NCBI GenBank assembly: GCA_964016885.1
Contig: OZ024742.1
Location: 137,330,001-137,394,000 of the forward strand
From: Eledone cirrhosa
Taxonomy: Eukaryota
DNA length: 64,000 nucleotides
Direction of reading: 5' to 3'
Both the position numbers and the translations under genes were made by a program. The notes under the pieces were generated by a model. It searched no databases. It saw nothing but the letters and a program-made list of their open reading frames with translations, and was not told the DNA's origin. Positions 1 through 13,781 of this stretch are shown in pieces (position 1 is the stretch's first letter; each line of letters begins with the position of its first letter).

Positions 1-8
1 ACTCCATC

Positions 9-1148
9 TTGTTCGATATCTGTAGGAGAAGACAACTCCCAAATAAAGTTAAGCTCAACTACACCACTAAAAATAGCAGACTGCCCACTTTCTACCACCT
101 CATCAAGACCCACAAGAATAGTACTAAGACGCAAATAAGACCCATCGTCTCTAGCATAGAAGGACCCCTATACAAAATTTCCTGGCTCCTCTCCCAGGTC
201 ATCAAGCCTCTACTCTCCACCTTTCCCGGGCATGTCAGTAGCTCCGACGAAGTTATACGTAGACTACACCAACTCCAGCCAGAACAAATTAAACTAAATA
301 GATACGCCTATAGCCTTGACGTTGTCTCCCTCTACACTACAGTCGCCGCTCATCCAGCTATCGATTTATTGACGGACTGCGGGGTCGCAGAGGACATCCA
401 CTGCTACGGCCTCCATCCGACGGACATACACCAGCTTTTGTCCTTCACAGTCGACAACACGTACTTCACCTTCCACCACCACACACACAGACAGACAACA
501 GGATTACCCATGGGATCCAGCCTATCGGGCCTGCTGGCCATCACCTATATGAACCAGCTAGAATGCCGAGCCTGCAACACTTGCCATTCCCATACCTTCT
601 TCACCCGATATGTAGCTGACATACTCATCCTTACATCATCCTGTGAGGAGGCAGATAAAATATACACAACATTCTCCAGCATGGACGCCAGTATAAAGTT
701 TAGCATGGAACACCCCGATGACCGCGGATCCCTATCCCTACTGGACTTCCAACTCAGGGTAACAGAGGAAGGCAACATACACACCTGCTTCTATAATAAA
801 GCCGCCAGCAGGGACCTGTTCGTACATTTCAGATCGGCCATCCCAGCCGGCGCTAAGTTCGGATACATAAGGAACGAACTAACACATATCCGGAACAAAT
901 GCACCAACGCTAGACACCGAGACACACACACCACACATTTCCTGGAAGTACTCAAACTGAACGGATACACGACATCCACCACAAACCGTGCCAGAAAGAA
1001 CAGAGGAGACCACACCCGAGGCACTAACACTTGCTTCCTGAAGCTCCCACACTTCAGTGACGAAACAACAACAGCCTTCCGCAGAGCTATCATACGAGAG
1101 GGACTAGATATCCCACTGGCGCACTCAGGTCCTTCTCTACGCGGATAG
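9..1148 (+). pseudogene. PLE reverse transcriptase (5' truncated by window edge, degenerate)
   Basis: Motifs FYHLIKTHK, IRPIVS, SLDVVSLYT, GLPMGSSLS, RYVAD (decayed YVDD), LSLLDFQL; premature stop at 1146-1148. Confidence 0.9.
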
Positions 1149-1500
1149 CTAACCAAAAGACACTCCACCAGACATGACAACTGCTGCAGGCTAGCCAACT
1201 GCCCCATCAACGACACAGACCTATGTCACCAGGCTTACGTCGTATACAGACTAGAGTGTGACAAATGCAGCAACTTCTAAGTAGGTAGCCCCACCAGACC
1301 ACTCCACATAAGAATAAAATAACACCTCAATACTAACGCTTCCTCATTTAAGAAACACCTAGTTAAATGCAAAAACACCGAAAAAACCATAACAGTTAGG
1401 ATAGAAACTAAGGAAAGAAACCTCGGCAATCTTAGAATTAAGGAAGCACTAATTATAGACATAACACACCACTAATCAATAATAGACTAGAACTCAACAC
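1149..1500 (+). pseudogene. PLE C-terminal GIY-YIG endonuclease with in-frame stops
   Basis: Manual translation in the same frame: CCRLANCPINDTDLCHQAYVVYRLECDKCSNF*VGSPTRPLHIRIK*HL...LRIKEALII. Confidence 0.8.
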
Positions 1501-1930
1501 ACAATTTATAATTTGATAGAGCTTCTAGTCCCATATTTACACACACCCCACACACACGCACACACACGCACACACACACGCACGCACACACACACACACA
1601 CGCTTACACCTCCACCTATTCTCTCTCACATACACACATACACACACAAAGACCAGTTCTAACACGAGATAACATCTATCCCCCACATTTACGTATAGAC
1701 ATATCTTTTCAAACTCACACACACACACTCACATACTTACACTTTCATGCATTCTCCCACACACTTAAACAGGCATGTACAAAAAAAACAAAAAAACTTT
1801 TAATGGGAGACTACTCTTTATCCACCTAACCTTAACTCTTTGACATTAGAGATAGAACAGATACTCTATACCATTTCCTGTCAGCATGACTTGGCAAGCT
1901 ATTTAGAACACTGGTTTAACCGCTTTACTT

Positions 1931-1967
1931 TCCTCCGAAGAAGAGATATTATCTCGAAAATTAAGGA
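1931..1967 (+). ncRNA. Minimal type I hammerhead ribozyme (U4C core variant, almost no stem III)
   Basis: tcct CCGAAGA a-gagata-t-tatctc GAAA at TA agga; stem I tcct/agga; palindromic aatt in the stem III position. Confidence 0.6.
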
Positions 1968-2081
1968 CATTTAAATAAATATAAGGTAAAAGACTAATTG
2001 TCAACAATATCTTTTGCATTTGCATTCTTTATTCTATGTCCATACCTGTATTGTTTTGGCTTTATTATACATATACAAACG

Positions 2082-2606
<525 letters not shown>

Positions 2607-3267
2607 ATATAGAGTGAGAAGGAGGCATTGAAAAATAGATATAGATACAATATATTAAAGACGCATCAAAATGGACGTCTAGAATATGTCACATAAATAT
2701 TCCTATTTTAAATGTCTAATGAAGTACTACAACGTAAAATAAAATACAAAGAAGAATACGACTCACATTTTAAACAAAGAAACAAATGAAATACACCGAT
2801 TTCATCCACAAGAAACATTAAATATATATAAACTAGGTGCCATTTTTTATCTAAGTAAATCTTCTAATCCCCAAAGCTGTTCAACACATGGAATTTGAAA
2901 CATACTTTTAGTTGTAATGTGAGAATTATACGAATCATTAACGATGGCAAAGATTAGATAACCGATGTAAATGAAAAAATCGTTATAAACAAATTAAAAT
3001 AACAAGATATATAGAACATAATATTTAGACTACCATTGGAAATAATCTGACATACAAGAGAAAAGTTTACAGGCTAATATCAATGGATTGGATAAATCTA
3101 ACTACGCTGTACTTGTTAGATTTTAAATGCAGCATACAAAGATAGATATACAAACATCACTCAATGGTCATTGCAATAGACATACAAACATACACATATG
3201 CATACATTCATACATACATATATACATATATGAATGTATGGATGAACACACACATACAGACGCACTG

Positions 3268-3299
<32 letters not shown>

Positions 3300-3327
3300 T
3301 TACAGAGAGATAGAGGGGTATGGAGAA

Positions 3328-3475
<148 letters not shown>

Positions 3476-3794
3476 TTAGAAAGAAAGTTTAGAAGGATAA
3501 CGTACTAGAAACGCCAGAAAAAAAATCTGTTTCAGCTACGCGGCTAGCTGAAACCTAACCTGCAAACAAGGGAAATTACTCAACTTCTGGCTAAATATAT
3601 CACCATGAGAATAGATGGCACTAAAAAGAAGAAGAACAACAAACATGTTCAGTGCATTCTCTACTATGGGAAAGTTATTGAAATCTTACCACATCTGACC
3701 AAGCTATTTGTAAAACAAACACAGTGGAATGCCATTGAGAATAGACTCAGCATGAAACAGACGTAAAATCACAAACATACGAACATCTACACAG

Positions 3795-3834
<40 letters not shown>

Positions 3835-4068
3835 GCACACACACACACACACACACATATATACATATATATAAATATATATAAATATATGCGTGCGTGT
3901 TTGCCACTGTTTCTGAGCATGCATGTATATATGTATATATATTATGTGTATCTGTGTGTCTGTGTACGATTTATGTATTGGCGAGTTGCATGTTTACCAA
4001 AGACATTAACGTTTTATGTTTTCTTTTATGAAAGGAAAGCTTTCAATTTTTATGATCACCAGCCCAGT

Positions 4069-4221
4069 GGTGTGTTGCTATCTTTCACTCATTAATGCCC
4101 GCGCTCGCATACGATGAGACATTCGCATATATATATACATATATACATATATACATATATACATATATACATATATATATGTATGTGTATACACACACAC
4201 ACACTCACACACACTCACACT

Positions 4222-4258
<37 letters not shown>

Positions 4259-4381
4259 GTGTGTGAGTGTGTGTGAGTGTGTGTGTGTGTGTATATATAC
4301 ATACATATATATGTATATATGTATATATGTATATATATATGCGAATGTCTCATCATTGTATGTCAGCGCGGGCAGTAATGA

Positions 4382-4472
<91 letters not shown>

Positions 4473-4543
4473 ATGCATGGGCATTAATGAGTAAAAGATA
4501 GTACAAGCAACTGGAAAGACCGACGAAGTTGCTTGTACTATCT
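4069..4543. repeat. Family B inverted-repeat fragments interrupted by microsatellites
   Basis: cactcattaatgcccgcgct...gagacattcgcat vs atgcgaatgtctc...agcgcgggcagtaatgagtg; hairpin gatagtacaagcaac/gttgcttgtactatc at about 4497-4542. Confidence 0.5.
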
Positions 4544-4544
4544 A

Positions 4545-4688
4545 TCGGTCGCAACTCCAGGTAGAAGGAGCAACGTGAAATAAAGTGTCTTGCTCAAGGA
4601 TATAACGCACCGCCCGGTCCAAGAATCGAACACACAACCTCAAGATTGTGAATCCAATTCTCTAAAGCCACAGCCAAACACATCTTCA
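4545..4688 (-). mobile_element. tRNA-derived SINE 5' fragment
   Basis: Minus strand has a B-box-like gttcgattc followed by ccttgagcaagacactttatttcacgttgctcc, a conserved SINE body motif. Confidence 0.7.
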
Positions 4689-4736
4689 TATATATACATA
4701 TATATGAAGGTGTGTGTGTATATATATATATATATA

Positions 4737-5102
4737 TAAAAGTAGCGAAAAAAAAGGTTATTAAACAATTTTCTAAATAAATTAAAAAATGATTAAATAA
4801 TCACCTGTTCAGATGCTGTCTTATAGCGTGGAAATAGGGCTGTCTGAAGATTCATTTCTTTCCATTGGAAATTCGTTGGATTTCCAATCTTTCGGAATGA
4901 TGAAACCGTCGGTAACAGCATCTGAACAGGTGATTATTTAATCATTTTTTAATTTATTTAGAAAATTGTTTAATAACCGTTTGATTCGCTACTTTTATAT
5001 TGTTCTGGCATCTCGAATTAGTGCCATTGAACCACATGTATTATAAACAACTTGAATATTTCTACAAGTACATTGTACCTGTTGAAGTATTCATCCACTT
5101 CT
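4737..5102 (+). mobile_element. Family C HHR fold-back element in (TA)n
   Basis: 4737-4819 is the reverse complement of 4915-4998; HHR at 4839-4919; about 100-nt tail; TA on both sides. Confidence 0.8.
4839..4919 (+). ncRNA. Type I hammerhead ribozyme with extended stem II
   Basis: gctgt CTGAAGA ttcatt...ttggaaat/atttccaa...aatgat GAAA cc gtc gg TA acagc; predicted cleavage after 4914. Confidence 0.8.
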
Positions 5103-5121
5103 ATATATATATATATATGTA

Positions 5122-5161
<40 letters not shown>

Positions 5162-5173
5162 TGTGTGTGTGTG

Positions 5174-5246
<73 letters not shown>

Positions 5247-5250
<4 letters not shown>

Positions 5251-5396
5251 ACAAACTAGATCCGGATCTAGATGTCGAAACGGCCGGAGTTCATCCGTCG
5301 GGGTACTGACTCTTTGCATATTACCCACTCTAGGATCCATAGTATCGAGTACTCTGTTGCGTTATGGTCCACCTGGTTCCTTACCACAAATCCTTC

Positions 5397-5400
<4 letters not shown>
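5247..5400 (+). mobile_element. Family D diverged copy (3' half of HHR plus tail)
   Basis: gtcGAAACggccggagttcatccGTCggggt...gcgttatggtccacctggttccttaccaca; between TA tracts. Confidence 0.75.
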
Positions 5401-5468
<68 letters not shown>

Positions 5469-5528
5469 TATATGGAATAGAATGAAACGAAATTTCATTT
5501 CTCACTCTTAGTACGGCACATACATACT

Positions 5529-5574
<46 letters not shown>

Positions 5575-5578
<4 letters not shown>

Positions 5579-5761
5579 AACCAGTAAGACCCCGACAGCT
5601 GAGCTCAAGCCGTTTCGACGGCTAATTCTGAATTAGCCGTCGAAACGGCTTGAGCTCAGCTGTCGGGGTCTTACTGGTTCCTATTACATACTCTACTACC
5701 TCAAGTATTGAGTACTTTGGTGCGTTATGGTCCACCTGGTTCACTACCACATTTCCTTCGT

Positions 5762-5763
<2 letters not shown>
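5575..5763. mobile_element. Family D palindromic element in (TA)n
   Basis: Near-perfect palindrome 5575-5683 centred on aattctgaatt, plus an 80-nt 3' tail ending ttccttcgtta(ta)n. Confidence 0.85.
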
Positions 5764-5799
<36 letters not shown>

Positions 5800-6359
5800 T
5801 GAGAAATGGAAAAGGCGATAGAGAGAAAGAGACATCCAGGCACCCAACGACATACACCCAAATATATTTATTTATGTATGTATATGAATAAATGACATTT
5901 TTCGCATGACTGCGGACGATTTGCAGGATGGCGGCCAGGATGAATGGTTTTAATTGATGTCCAATTATTCATTACCTGAATTAGATCAAATGATATCGGT
6001 ACAAATCCATATAGTTCAACATGTTGACACGAGCTTTAGCTTGGTGAGAAAATGTGCATTCATCATCAACTTAATATTTATGCTTTAAGGGCAGTTTCGC
6101 CATTTGCACATTTGTAAGGGAAAGAAAATTCTTATATATATATCATTAAATATATATATATTTATAGTAAGAATATTTTCGAAACAGCGAGTGTATTTGA
6201 AATTATTAGAAATGTTAGCTATCGCCGTATTTTGACTAAAGAAATTAAAGAAATTATTTAGCCTGATAGTGGGGTTAAGAACCTTCGGAGAAATGGAAAA
6301 AGATGAGTATTGACGTACCTCTCTCTCTATATATAAATATATATGTATATATATAAATA

Positions 6360-6422
<63 letters not shown>

Positions 6423-7149
6423 TATAAATTATATATATATATATATATAATTTAATGTATAATATATATATATATTGTATTTAAAAAGAAAAGGAAAGCT
6501 CAAGCATGGGACAATCCCTTCTTAAGCTCTTCATCTGTCTGCTGGAGATCACCGACATTTCAACGCATTAAAGACAACATGTCTAACTCCAATGCGTCAG
6601 TAACTGGTAGAGGTTATTGGGGAGGAAAGGTAAGAGAAATAATCAAACAGGATGGGTAAAAGGGAACAAAACGCAGAGAATATACAAAGGAGAGGAACAC
6701 GAGAAGCACATGTATATTATAAGTAACCAGGATAACCAGAGAGAGAGAGAGAGAGAGGAAGAGAGAGAGTGAAAGAGAGAGAGAGTAAAAGAGAGAGATA
6801 GAGGGGGGGGTCAGAAATAGCTACTGTACATAAGTCCGAAGCTTTTGTTGTCGGTGAATTAGGGAGAGCGAAGGAAACAGGTTTGACCTGGATGAAAAGA
6901 GGCAGAGGCGAGAGAAAAACGGAAGCAGCAGGGGAGCAGAGTGAAGAAGAGTAAAAGTGAGAGAGAGAGAGGAAGAAAGAGAGGGAGAGAGAGTGAAAGA
7001 GAAAGAGTTGAGAGAAAGAAAGAAAGCGAGAGTGTTAATAGCAACAAAGCAAACGGGGAGAAACAAAGAGTAGGTCACAGCAAAAAAATTGATAAACATT
7101 TTGGAAGAAACAGGGTGCTGTGTGGTTACTTGATAAAGAGCATTTAAAA

Positions 7150-7400
7150 ATAAAAAGAAGGCACAAGTGGAGGACAATCCATTCTTAAAATGTCAATCAC
7201 AAAAACGATAGATGGCATGGCAGGCCTTGACTATTGGGATCGACTAGAAAAGCTCAGCCATTATGCTCTCCAACGCCGCCTTGAGAGCTACATTATCTGC
7301 ATGATGTGGAAAATGTTCCATCACCATTGCCTGGACCAATACTGGCCGAAACCTATCAAAGTCAAAGTCAAGACTACATAGTGAGTCTAGAGTCACTATT
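7150..7400 (+). pseudogene. CR1/L2-group LINE ORF2 C-terminal fragment
   Basis: TKTIDGMAGLDYWDRLEKLSHYALQRRLESYIICMMWKM matches the typical post-RT C-terminus of CR1-like LINEs. Confidence 0.65.
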
Positions 7401-7414
7401 TTACCTTAATAAAA

Positions 7415-7460
<46 letters not shown>

Positions 7461-7461
<1 letters not shown>

Positions 7462-7632
7462 ACAAAGAGGGTGTGGTGAGATACCAGGTGGACCATAACG
7501 CACCAGAGTCAGTAATAGGAAAAGAGTCAGGACACCGACAGCTGATCTCCGGCCGTTTCGACAGCTAGATCTGAACAGCGTTCAGACTGTAAAAAAAGCC
7601 GGAGCTCAGCCGTCGGGGTACTGACTCTTTTC

Positions 7633-7635
<3 letters not shown>
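7461..7635. mobile_element. Family D diverged fold-back copy
   Basis: Inverted arm ccaggtggaccataacgcacc...gccgtttcgacagcta, then forward arm gccggagctcagccgtcggggtactgactcttttcct. Confidence 0.75.
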
Positions 7636-7709
<74 letters not shown>

Positions 7710-7714
<5 letters not shown>

Positions 7715-8172
7715 AGGTATAGGATTATCCAAGATGTAGTAATGGTTAATTACTACACTGGATATGGTTGACGTACGGTAACAGGTTACTCTACGAGTTA
7801 TGGAAGAATTGTTGAAGAAACTTAGTTCCTGAACCTTCTGTATTCTGGAGTGTATATAAAGAATGAATAATAACAGGTAGAGATCATAAAAAGGTAATTT
7901 ATTCCGTGTGCTTACAAATGTTTCCACGGTGGTACTGCAGCCTAGTTATGCTACGTGCAAATTCACAAGTACTTGTAGAACTCAAATATCCAATGCTGTG
8001 ACCACTGTTTCCTGCTCTGAGGAAACAGTGGTCACAGCATTGGATATTTGAGTTCTGCAAGTACTTGTGAATTTGCACGTAGCATAACTAGGCTGCAGTA
8101 CCACCGTGGAAACACTTGTAAGCACACGGAATAAATTACCTTTTTATGATGTCTACCTGTTATTATTCATTC

Positions 8173-8177
<5 letters not shown>
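7710..8177. mobile_element. Family E HHR fold-back element (non-coding derivative of the PLE at 15172-16862)
   Basis: Palindrome about 7856-8176 centred near 8016; left arm extends about 145 nt further; near-identical to 15172-15470 and 16700-16862; TA flanks. Confidence 0.85.
8013..8124 (+). ncRNA. Type I hammerhead with an approximately 85-nt stem II domain
   Basis: tgct CTGAGGA aacagtggtcacagc...gctgcagtaccaccgtg GAAAC actt GTA agca. Confidence 0.7.
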
Positions 8178-8226
<49 letters not shown>

Positions 8227-8249
8227 TATTACCCGAGTCTTATTATACA

Positions 8250-8849
8250 CTAGCCGAATTACCCGCGCAATTGCTGCGTTCCACACATTATTTTTTTGTA
8301 AGAAAATGATGATTGATTTTAAATCAGTGATATAATTTATGCAGAAAAATTCTGCATTTCAATATTACTCAACATAAAATGTAATGCATGAACAATTGGA
8401 AAACATTTTTTGTAATATATCAAATCAAAATTACATTATTATATCTTATTCTTATTTTTTTCTTGTAAATAATTTTTTCAAAATATCAATTCAAACTCGA
8501 TCATTTCATTTTTGTGTAAAGCATTATTTTATTTGGGCTTCCAAACTTTTCACTATAGAGGGTTTAACCCCCATTAGGGTGTCTTAATATTATTGAAATG
8601 TTGTGAATAGTCATCATATCTTGTCATTTACCTATGGTTTAAATTTCATATAAATCGAATGGAAAAAATATTCAGTGAGGGTTTGTGCTCCCGGGAACCC
8701 TTTAATAAAAATGATATTTATCCAAGTACCCTGGGCAGTGTAGTTTCAGAATATATATGGTTATGGGGGTCTATCTCCAAAACCATAGGAGAAGTTCGTG
8801 AACAAACAAACAAACAGATAGGAACTACAACTTTATATATAGAAAGAGA
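8250..8849 (-). mobile_element. Non-autonomous Helitron
   Basis: Minus strand starts TC(tctttctatatataa), ends with hairpin cgcagcaattgcgcg about 10 nt before CTAG; inserted between A and T; paralogous empty site near 9150-9195. Confidence 0.75.
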
Positions 8850-10778
8850 TTTCTCAGTTTCCCATGCAAAAAATGAATGAAGCCACCAAATAATCGCGAC
8901 GACAGAATGTCGACATCAAATTCCACTTAATATTAAAGTATTTGATCACTTTGTACAAATTGTTTAAACGTAAAGGAAAATAAAACTAGTTTTAAATATT
9001 CGATATTCCGGGCTTTCCAGTTTTATTCGTCTTACACTGTGGCATCACTGGCCTACAAACTACAGTTTAAATATTCATTTTCATAAGGCTAAATATTTAG
9101 TCTAGAGTCACTAATGTGCCCTAATAAAATGAATATATATATATACCCATGTATATTTCCCAAATCTTATTACATAATTCTCTCTTTTGCCACATTTCTC
9201 TCTCCAGTAATGTCTGCGATGGTACTTAACGACTCGACTAGAATTTCAATAAAAGTTTAACTGCAGGTGGGAGCAACGATCTTTTCAGGAAGCATCTATT
9301 TGTTGATGAAGACTAGTGAATTAGATTTTGACCTAGAATAATTTAATGACAGAGGCTATGCTCAAATTTAACAAATAATTGTACGGACACTAAAAATATG
9401 TTTTTTTTTCTATTTCAGAATAAATTTTACAGTCACGAATGTAAACGATCAGTAATATTTGACCGTGTTATCTGTGAAGTGAAGTGACCATTCTTCATAC
9501 CTTGATTCAGCGTCCAGAGATTGGCAAAATTTAAGCTACATCAAAGGCTATTTTCATATGGTGAATGAATGTAACCACAGGTCGAGTCACTTGTTTAAAT
9601 CTCCCCATATCTCTCCCCTTTGATGAAGAGAGGCAGGCAGTCTCATTATGTCAGGTAATGGCTACTGTGAAAGAAGTTGAATGGAGGACGCCTGTGGAAG
9701 TATTCACACGTGACACTACCCCTCCGACCACACCGTCAATTAATTCAAGTCTCATTTTAAATAAGAGTGTAAAGTTGAAAACGATTATGCTTCTCTTTAG
9801 ATTATTTGCTAAAAGGTGGGTGAAACTGTCTAAATGAGTGTAAATGAAAAGGATACACTTTAAATTGTGTTTCGAGATTCTAACAGGAAGAGGTCCACTG
9901 CTCGGGTACAAACTGCAATTTCCCTAGGTAACATAATCCTCCACATTTGGGAATGTTAAGCTATATATAAGGGCTTTGTTTTGTTTCATTTTTTTAAAAA
10001 CCTTTTTAATCTGTTTCAATTTGTATGGCGGATAATGTGTCAACATGGATATAAGGAAGCACTAATGGTAATATCATCATAAATACCATTAACTGAAACC
10101 CACAGATTCAGGATCACACTGTACGCCAACATTAAGGGCGCTCTCAGATCTATTCCCCGGTTTCAAGGCACGTGCACCACTCAAAACCTTTCTTACCAAC
10201 ATAAATCTCCAATGGTAAATTCGGCCGGTTTCAACTTGTAACATCTACAACCTTCTGCAGGGTAGTGATTACTTTTCATAAAATAAGAGGGAATGAATAA
10301 AATATCCGTTGGATATTTAGAACTAAGTCATTGGTGGAAGGAGCTATTGTAGATGTTCACTTTTGAGGGAATAGAATGATTTTACTTTCAAGCAGGATAG
10401 GTGGTGAACATAGATGAAACTGAGATTTAAGCAAATTTTAAACAGCAAAGGAGGTTGAAGGAAGGAGTATTGGTTGCAGAGGCAGGCAACTGACACACAC
10501 GATATATATACAGAGATCCACCTGTATGTTTAAAAAGAAAACTCACATACTCACCAATATATATATATATTCCATGATGGCCCATAGTATATCGCTAGGC
10601 GACTGACCAAAGGTGGTTGTACAAAGTGCAATATCATAGCACTATGTGATGCCTACCCGAGACAACACCAAATTTACAAATAATTAGATACTCACATTAT
10701 TACACGCATGAGTATATTTAACGTCTTCCAACTCGCATAAATTTCGTGCATATCTGCGTAACGTATATATATATATAT

Positions 10779-11144
10779 ATAATCAAGGGAAAGCAAATAA
10801 AGAAAACATTTTAAAATAAATTTCAAAACATTCACTGTACTTACTATATGTGCCTTTACCGTGGTTTCAGATCCCAAACAAATAGATAATCCAAGCGGAA
10901 TTCCATTGAGAAAGAGATACTCGTCAGAAGGCGTTTGGTATCTGAAACCGCAGTAAAGGCACATATAGTAAGTACAGTAAATTTTTTGAAATTTATATAA
11001 AATGTTTTCTTTATTTGCTTTCCCTTGATTTTATATGTTCTGGCTTTTTAATTTATTAACTCTCCATTGAACCACACTGGCATACACGGTCGGACTATAC
11101 TTGTATCCCTATGTGTATCATTTAAATGTAGTAACACATACTTT

Positions 11145-11147
<3 letters not shown>
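10779..11147. mobile_element. Family F HHR fold-back element (related to family C)
   Basis: 10779-10881 inverted vs 10933-11032; tail ttatatgttctggc...ccattgaaccaca shared with family C; TA flanks. Confidence 0.8.
10852..10932 (-). ncRNA. Type I hammerhead ribozyme
   Basis: Minus strand: gcctt CTGACGA gtatc...gggatct GAAAC cacg GTA aaggc. Confidence 0.75.
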
Positions 11148-11236
<89 letters not shown>

Positions 11237-11864
11237 ATGATATATTGTATATATATAATATGTATGTGTTTGTGTGTGTGTGTTTATACACCCATCTGCA
11301 TTACACCATGCATCCAGTAATATAATTTCTGGTCTTCCCACAGACACTCTATAATGTCAACAATAATAGATTGACAAAATGACAAAAAGAAGTTTGCTTC
11401 AAGTTGAATTGCTTTTTTCTTAGTCAGTTAATCTTACAGACATGAAAGACATCCCTGAGATCTATTGGGATTTGAATTGAAGAAACATATACAGTAGCAA
11501 AGAAAATGTGAAAGAGGGGAAGCGAAACGAATTAGAGAAAGATTTATTTTTAGTCTGTTTTATTGTCTACTAATATTTCCACTGCATTGTTTTACAATAG
11601 ATGAGAAAACAAATATAGAACATAAATGATGACATAATGTAGCTCACAATAATCGTTAACTTTTTTATTTCATACTTTATTTTAGCGTTTTAAATCATTA
11701 AACAATTTAGAAAAGATGAGTCACATGATACGTTTACCAAAATGTCTACGCCCTTAATCATGTGCAAGGCTTCTAATGGCTTTTGCTTCGTACAATGTAA
11801 TCTCGGAATAGAAGGCAACGCATAATTTGAATATATATATATTAGAAGTGGTGCTCTGAAATAG

Positions 11865-11899
<35 letters not shown>

Positions 11900-11913
11900 T
11901 TTTAATATAGATG

Positions 11914-11964
11914 AGATTCTACAGGACTAGAACTGTTTCATTCTTTAGAAATCATCAGGAATCT
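11914..11964 (-). ncRNA. Type I hammerhead ribozyme
   Basis: Minus strand: agattc CTGATGA tttctaaagaat GAAAC ag ttctagtc ct GTA gaatct; 6-bp stem I. Confidence 0.8.
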
Positions 11965-12065
11965 GGGTATCAAAAAATAAGTATGGTATTTATACAAGTG
12001 GTAGGAGAGGGTGGGTACTGGGATGGGTGTAGGTCATTTGTTCCCGTTCATTTTTTCCTTATATA

Positions 12066-12176
<111 letters not shown>

Positions 12177-12244
12177 ATATATGTATATGTATGTGTGTGT
12201 ATGTGTATGTGTATATATGTTTTTATGTATGTATTTTTATGTAT

Positions 12245-12276
<32 letters not shown>

Positions 12277-12359
12277 GTGTGTATATATATGTGTATATAT
12301 ATATATATATATATGTGTGTGCATGTGTGTATATACGTATGTGTGTATATATATGTATG

Positions 12360-12393
<34 letters not shown>

Positions 12394-13003
12394 TATGTGT
12401 GTGTACATATGTGTGTATGTGTGTGTGTGTATGTATGTGTATGTATGTATGTGTATATTTATATATATAAATATATTTATATGTGTGTCTGTGTATGTGT
12501 GTTTATGGGTGCGCGCGAGTGTGTTAGTGAGTGTGTCTTGTGAATGTGTCTGTTGTTTTTTAGCATATAGTTGAATAGTTTAAGAGTAATTTGAGGATAA
12601 TTGTAAGATATGCACTTAATATTCTGAATTTGTCTACAGAATTCTCTAAACCTTTGTCACTTAGTAGAACCTTAATGATTTTAGCTATTAAAGAATCTCC
12701 CTTTCCTTTAAATCTATCTACCATGACTGACCCCCCCCCCCACTGATCTTATAGACACCTGTTAGCTTAAGAGAAACCTAATAATGAGGAATGGCATGCC
12801 ATCCTGAACCTGTTTATAGAATTCTGTCTGCCTTTGTTACTCTAAAAACAAAAATAAATAAAAATTAAAATAAAAATAAACTATAGCTTTGTAGAATTAG
12901 CTTTTAATGAATTCCCTTTTCTATCAACCAATGACCTACACCCATCCCACTCCCCACCCTCTCCTACCACTTGTATAAATACCATACTTATTTTTTGATA
13001 CCC

Positions 13004-13054
13004 AGATTCCTGATGATTTCTAAAGAATGAAACAGTTCTAGTCCTGTATAATCT
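13004..13054 (+). ncRNA. Type I hammerhead ribozyme (stem I mismatch next to the cleavage site)
   Basis: agattc CTGATGA tttctaaagaat GAAAC agttctagtcct GTA taatct. Confidence 0.7.
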
Positions 13055-13136
13055 CATCTATATTAAAACTGTTATACTCTGCAATGTATTGAGTACCTTA
13101 CTTACTGTGGTTACCTCCGATTCAACCCGGAATAAC

Positions 13137-13196
<60 letters not shown>

Positions 13197-13300
13197 CAAT
13201 ACATAGTATGCTTAATTAAAAGCATTTTGAAGACCTTACGCTATTATTTAAAAGTAGTGATTATGTCTATTTACTTCTTTTTTCAGCAAACAAAGGGAGA

Positions 13301-13348
13301 TAATCTGACAGATCTCTGTTTCGTACTGTTGGTACTCCTCAGAGCTTA
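13301..13348 (-). ncRNA. Type I hammerhead ribozyme
   Basis: Inverted copy of 13570-13617 with one stem I mismatch. Confidence 0.8.
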
Positions 13349-13569
13349 GCACACCCTTTGCCTGCTGAAAATTATGAATGTTGGATTTTATAGAATTCCA
13401 ATAATAATCAGGAACTGATTAAACAGAGCGGTTGCCGGGCCAGCAAAAATTGAAAGTTAGAATTGGGCTCTGAAATAGCGATATATATATGAATGTATAT
13501 ATAGTGTATTTATTACTGGAATTCTATAAGAATCCAACATTCGTAACTTTCAGCAGGCAAAGGGAGTGC

Positions 13570-13617
13570 TAAGCTCTGAGGAGTACCAACAGTACGAAAC
13601 AGAGATCTGTCAGCTTA
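13570..13617 (+). ncRNA. Canonical type I hammerhead ribozyme
   Basis: taagct CTGAGGA gtac caaca gtac GAAAC agagatct GTC agctta; all core bases and three stems intact. Confidence 0.92.
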
Positions 13618-13735
13618 TCTCCCTTTCTTTACTGAAAAAAGAAGTAAGTCACTACTTTAAAACAATAGCGTAAGGTATTCAAAATGCTTTTAATTAAGCA
13701 TACAGTGTATTGCAAAATACACTATATATACATTC

Positions 13736-13781
<46 letters not shown>

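Larger units (their letters stand above)
1..2085 (+). mobile_element. Penelope-like retroelement, 3' part (RT, GIY-YIG, 3' UTR with HHR), ending at (TA)n
   Basis: PLE-type RT ORF followed by a GIY-YIG-like region and a minimal hammerhead at 1931-1967; abuts (TA)n at about 2086. Confidence 0.9.
13194..13722. mobile_element. Family H HHR fold-back element
   Basis: About 205-nt arms, 13194-13407 vs 13509-13714, each with an HHR; TA flanks. Confidence 0.85.

Noticed and set aside
9500-10400. Coding remnant (ORFs 9565-9837 and 9651-9911)
   Set aside because: No recognisable motif; possibly an old TE but unsupported
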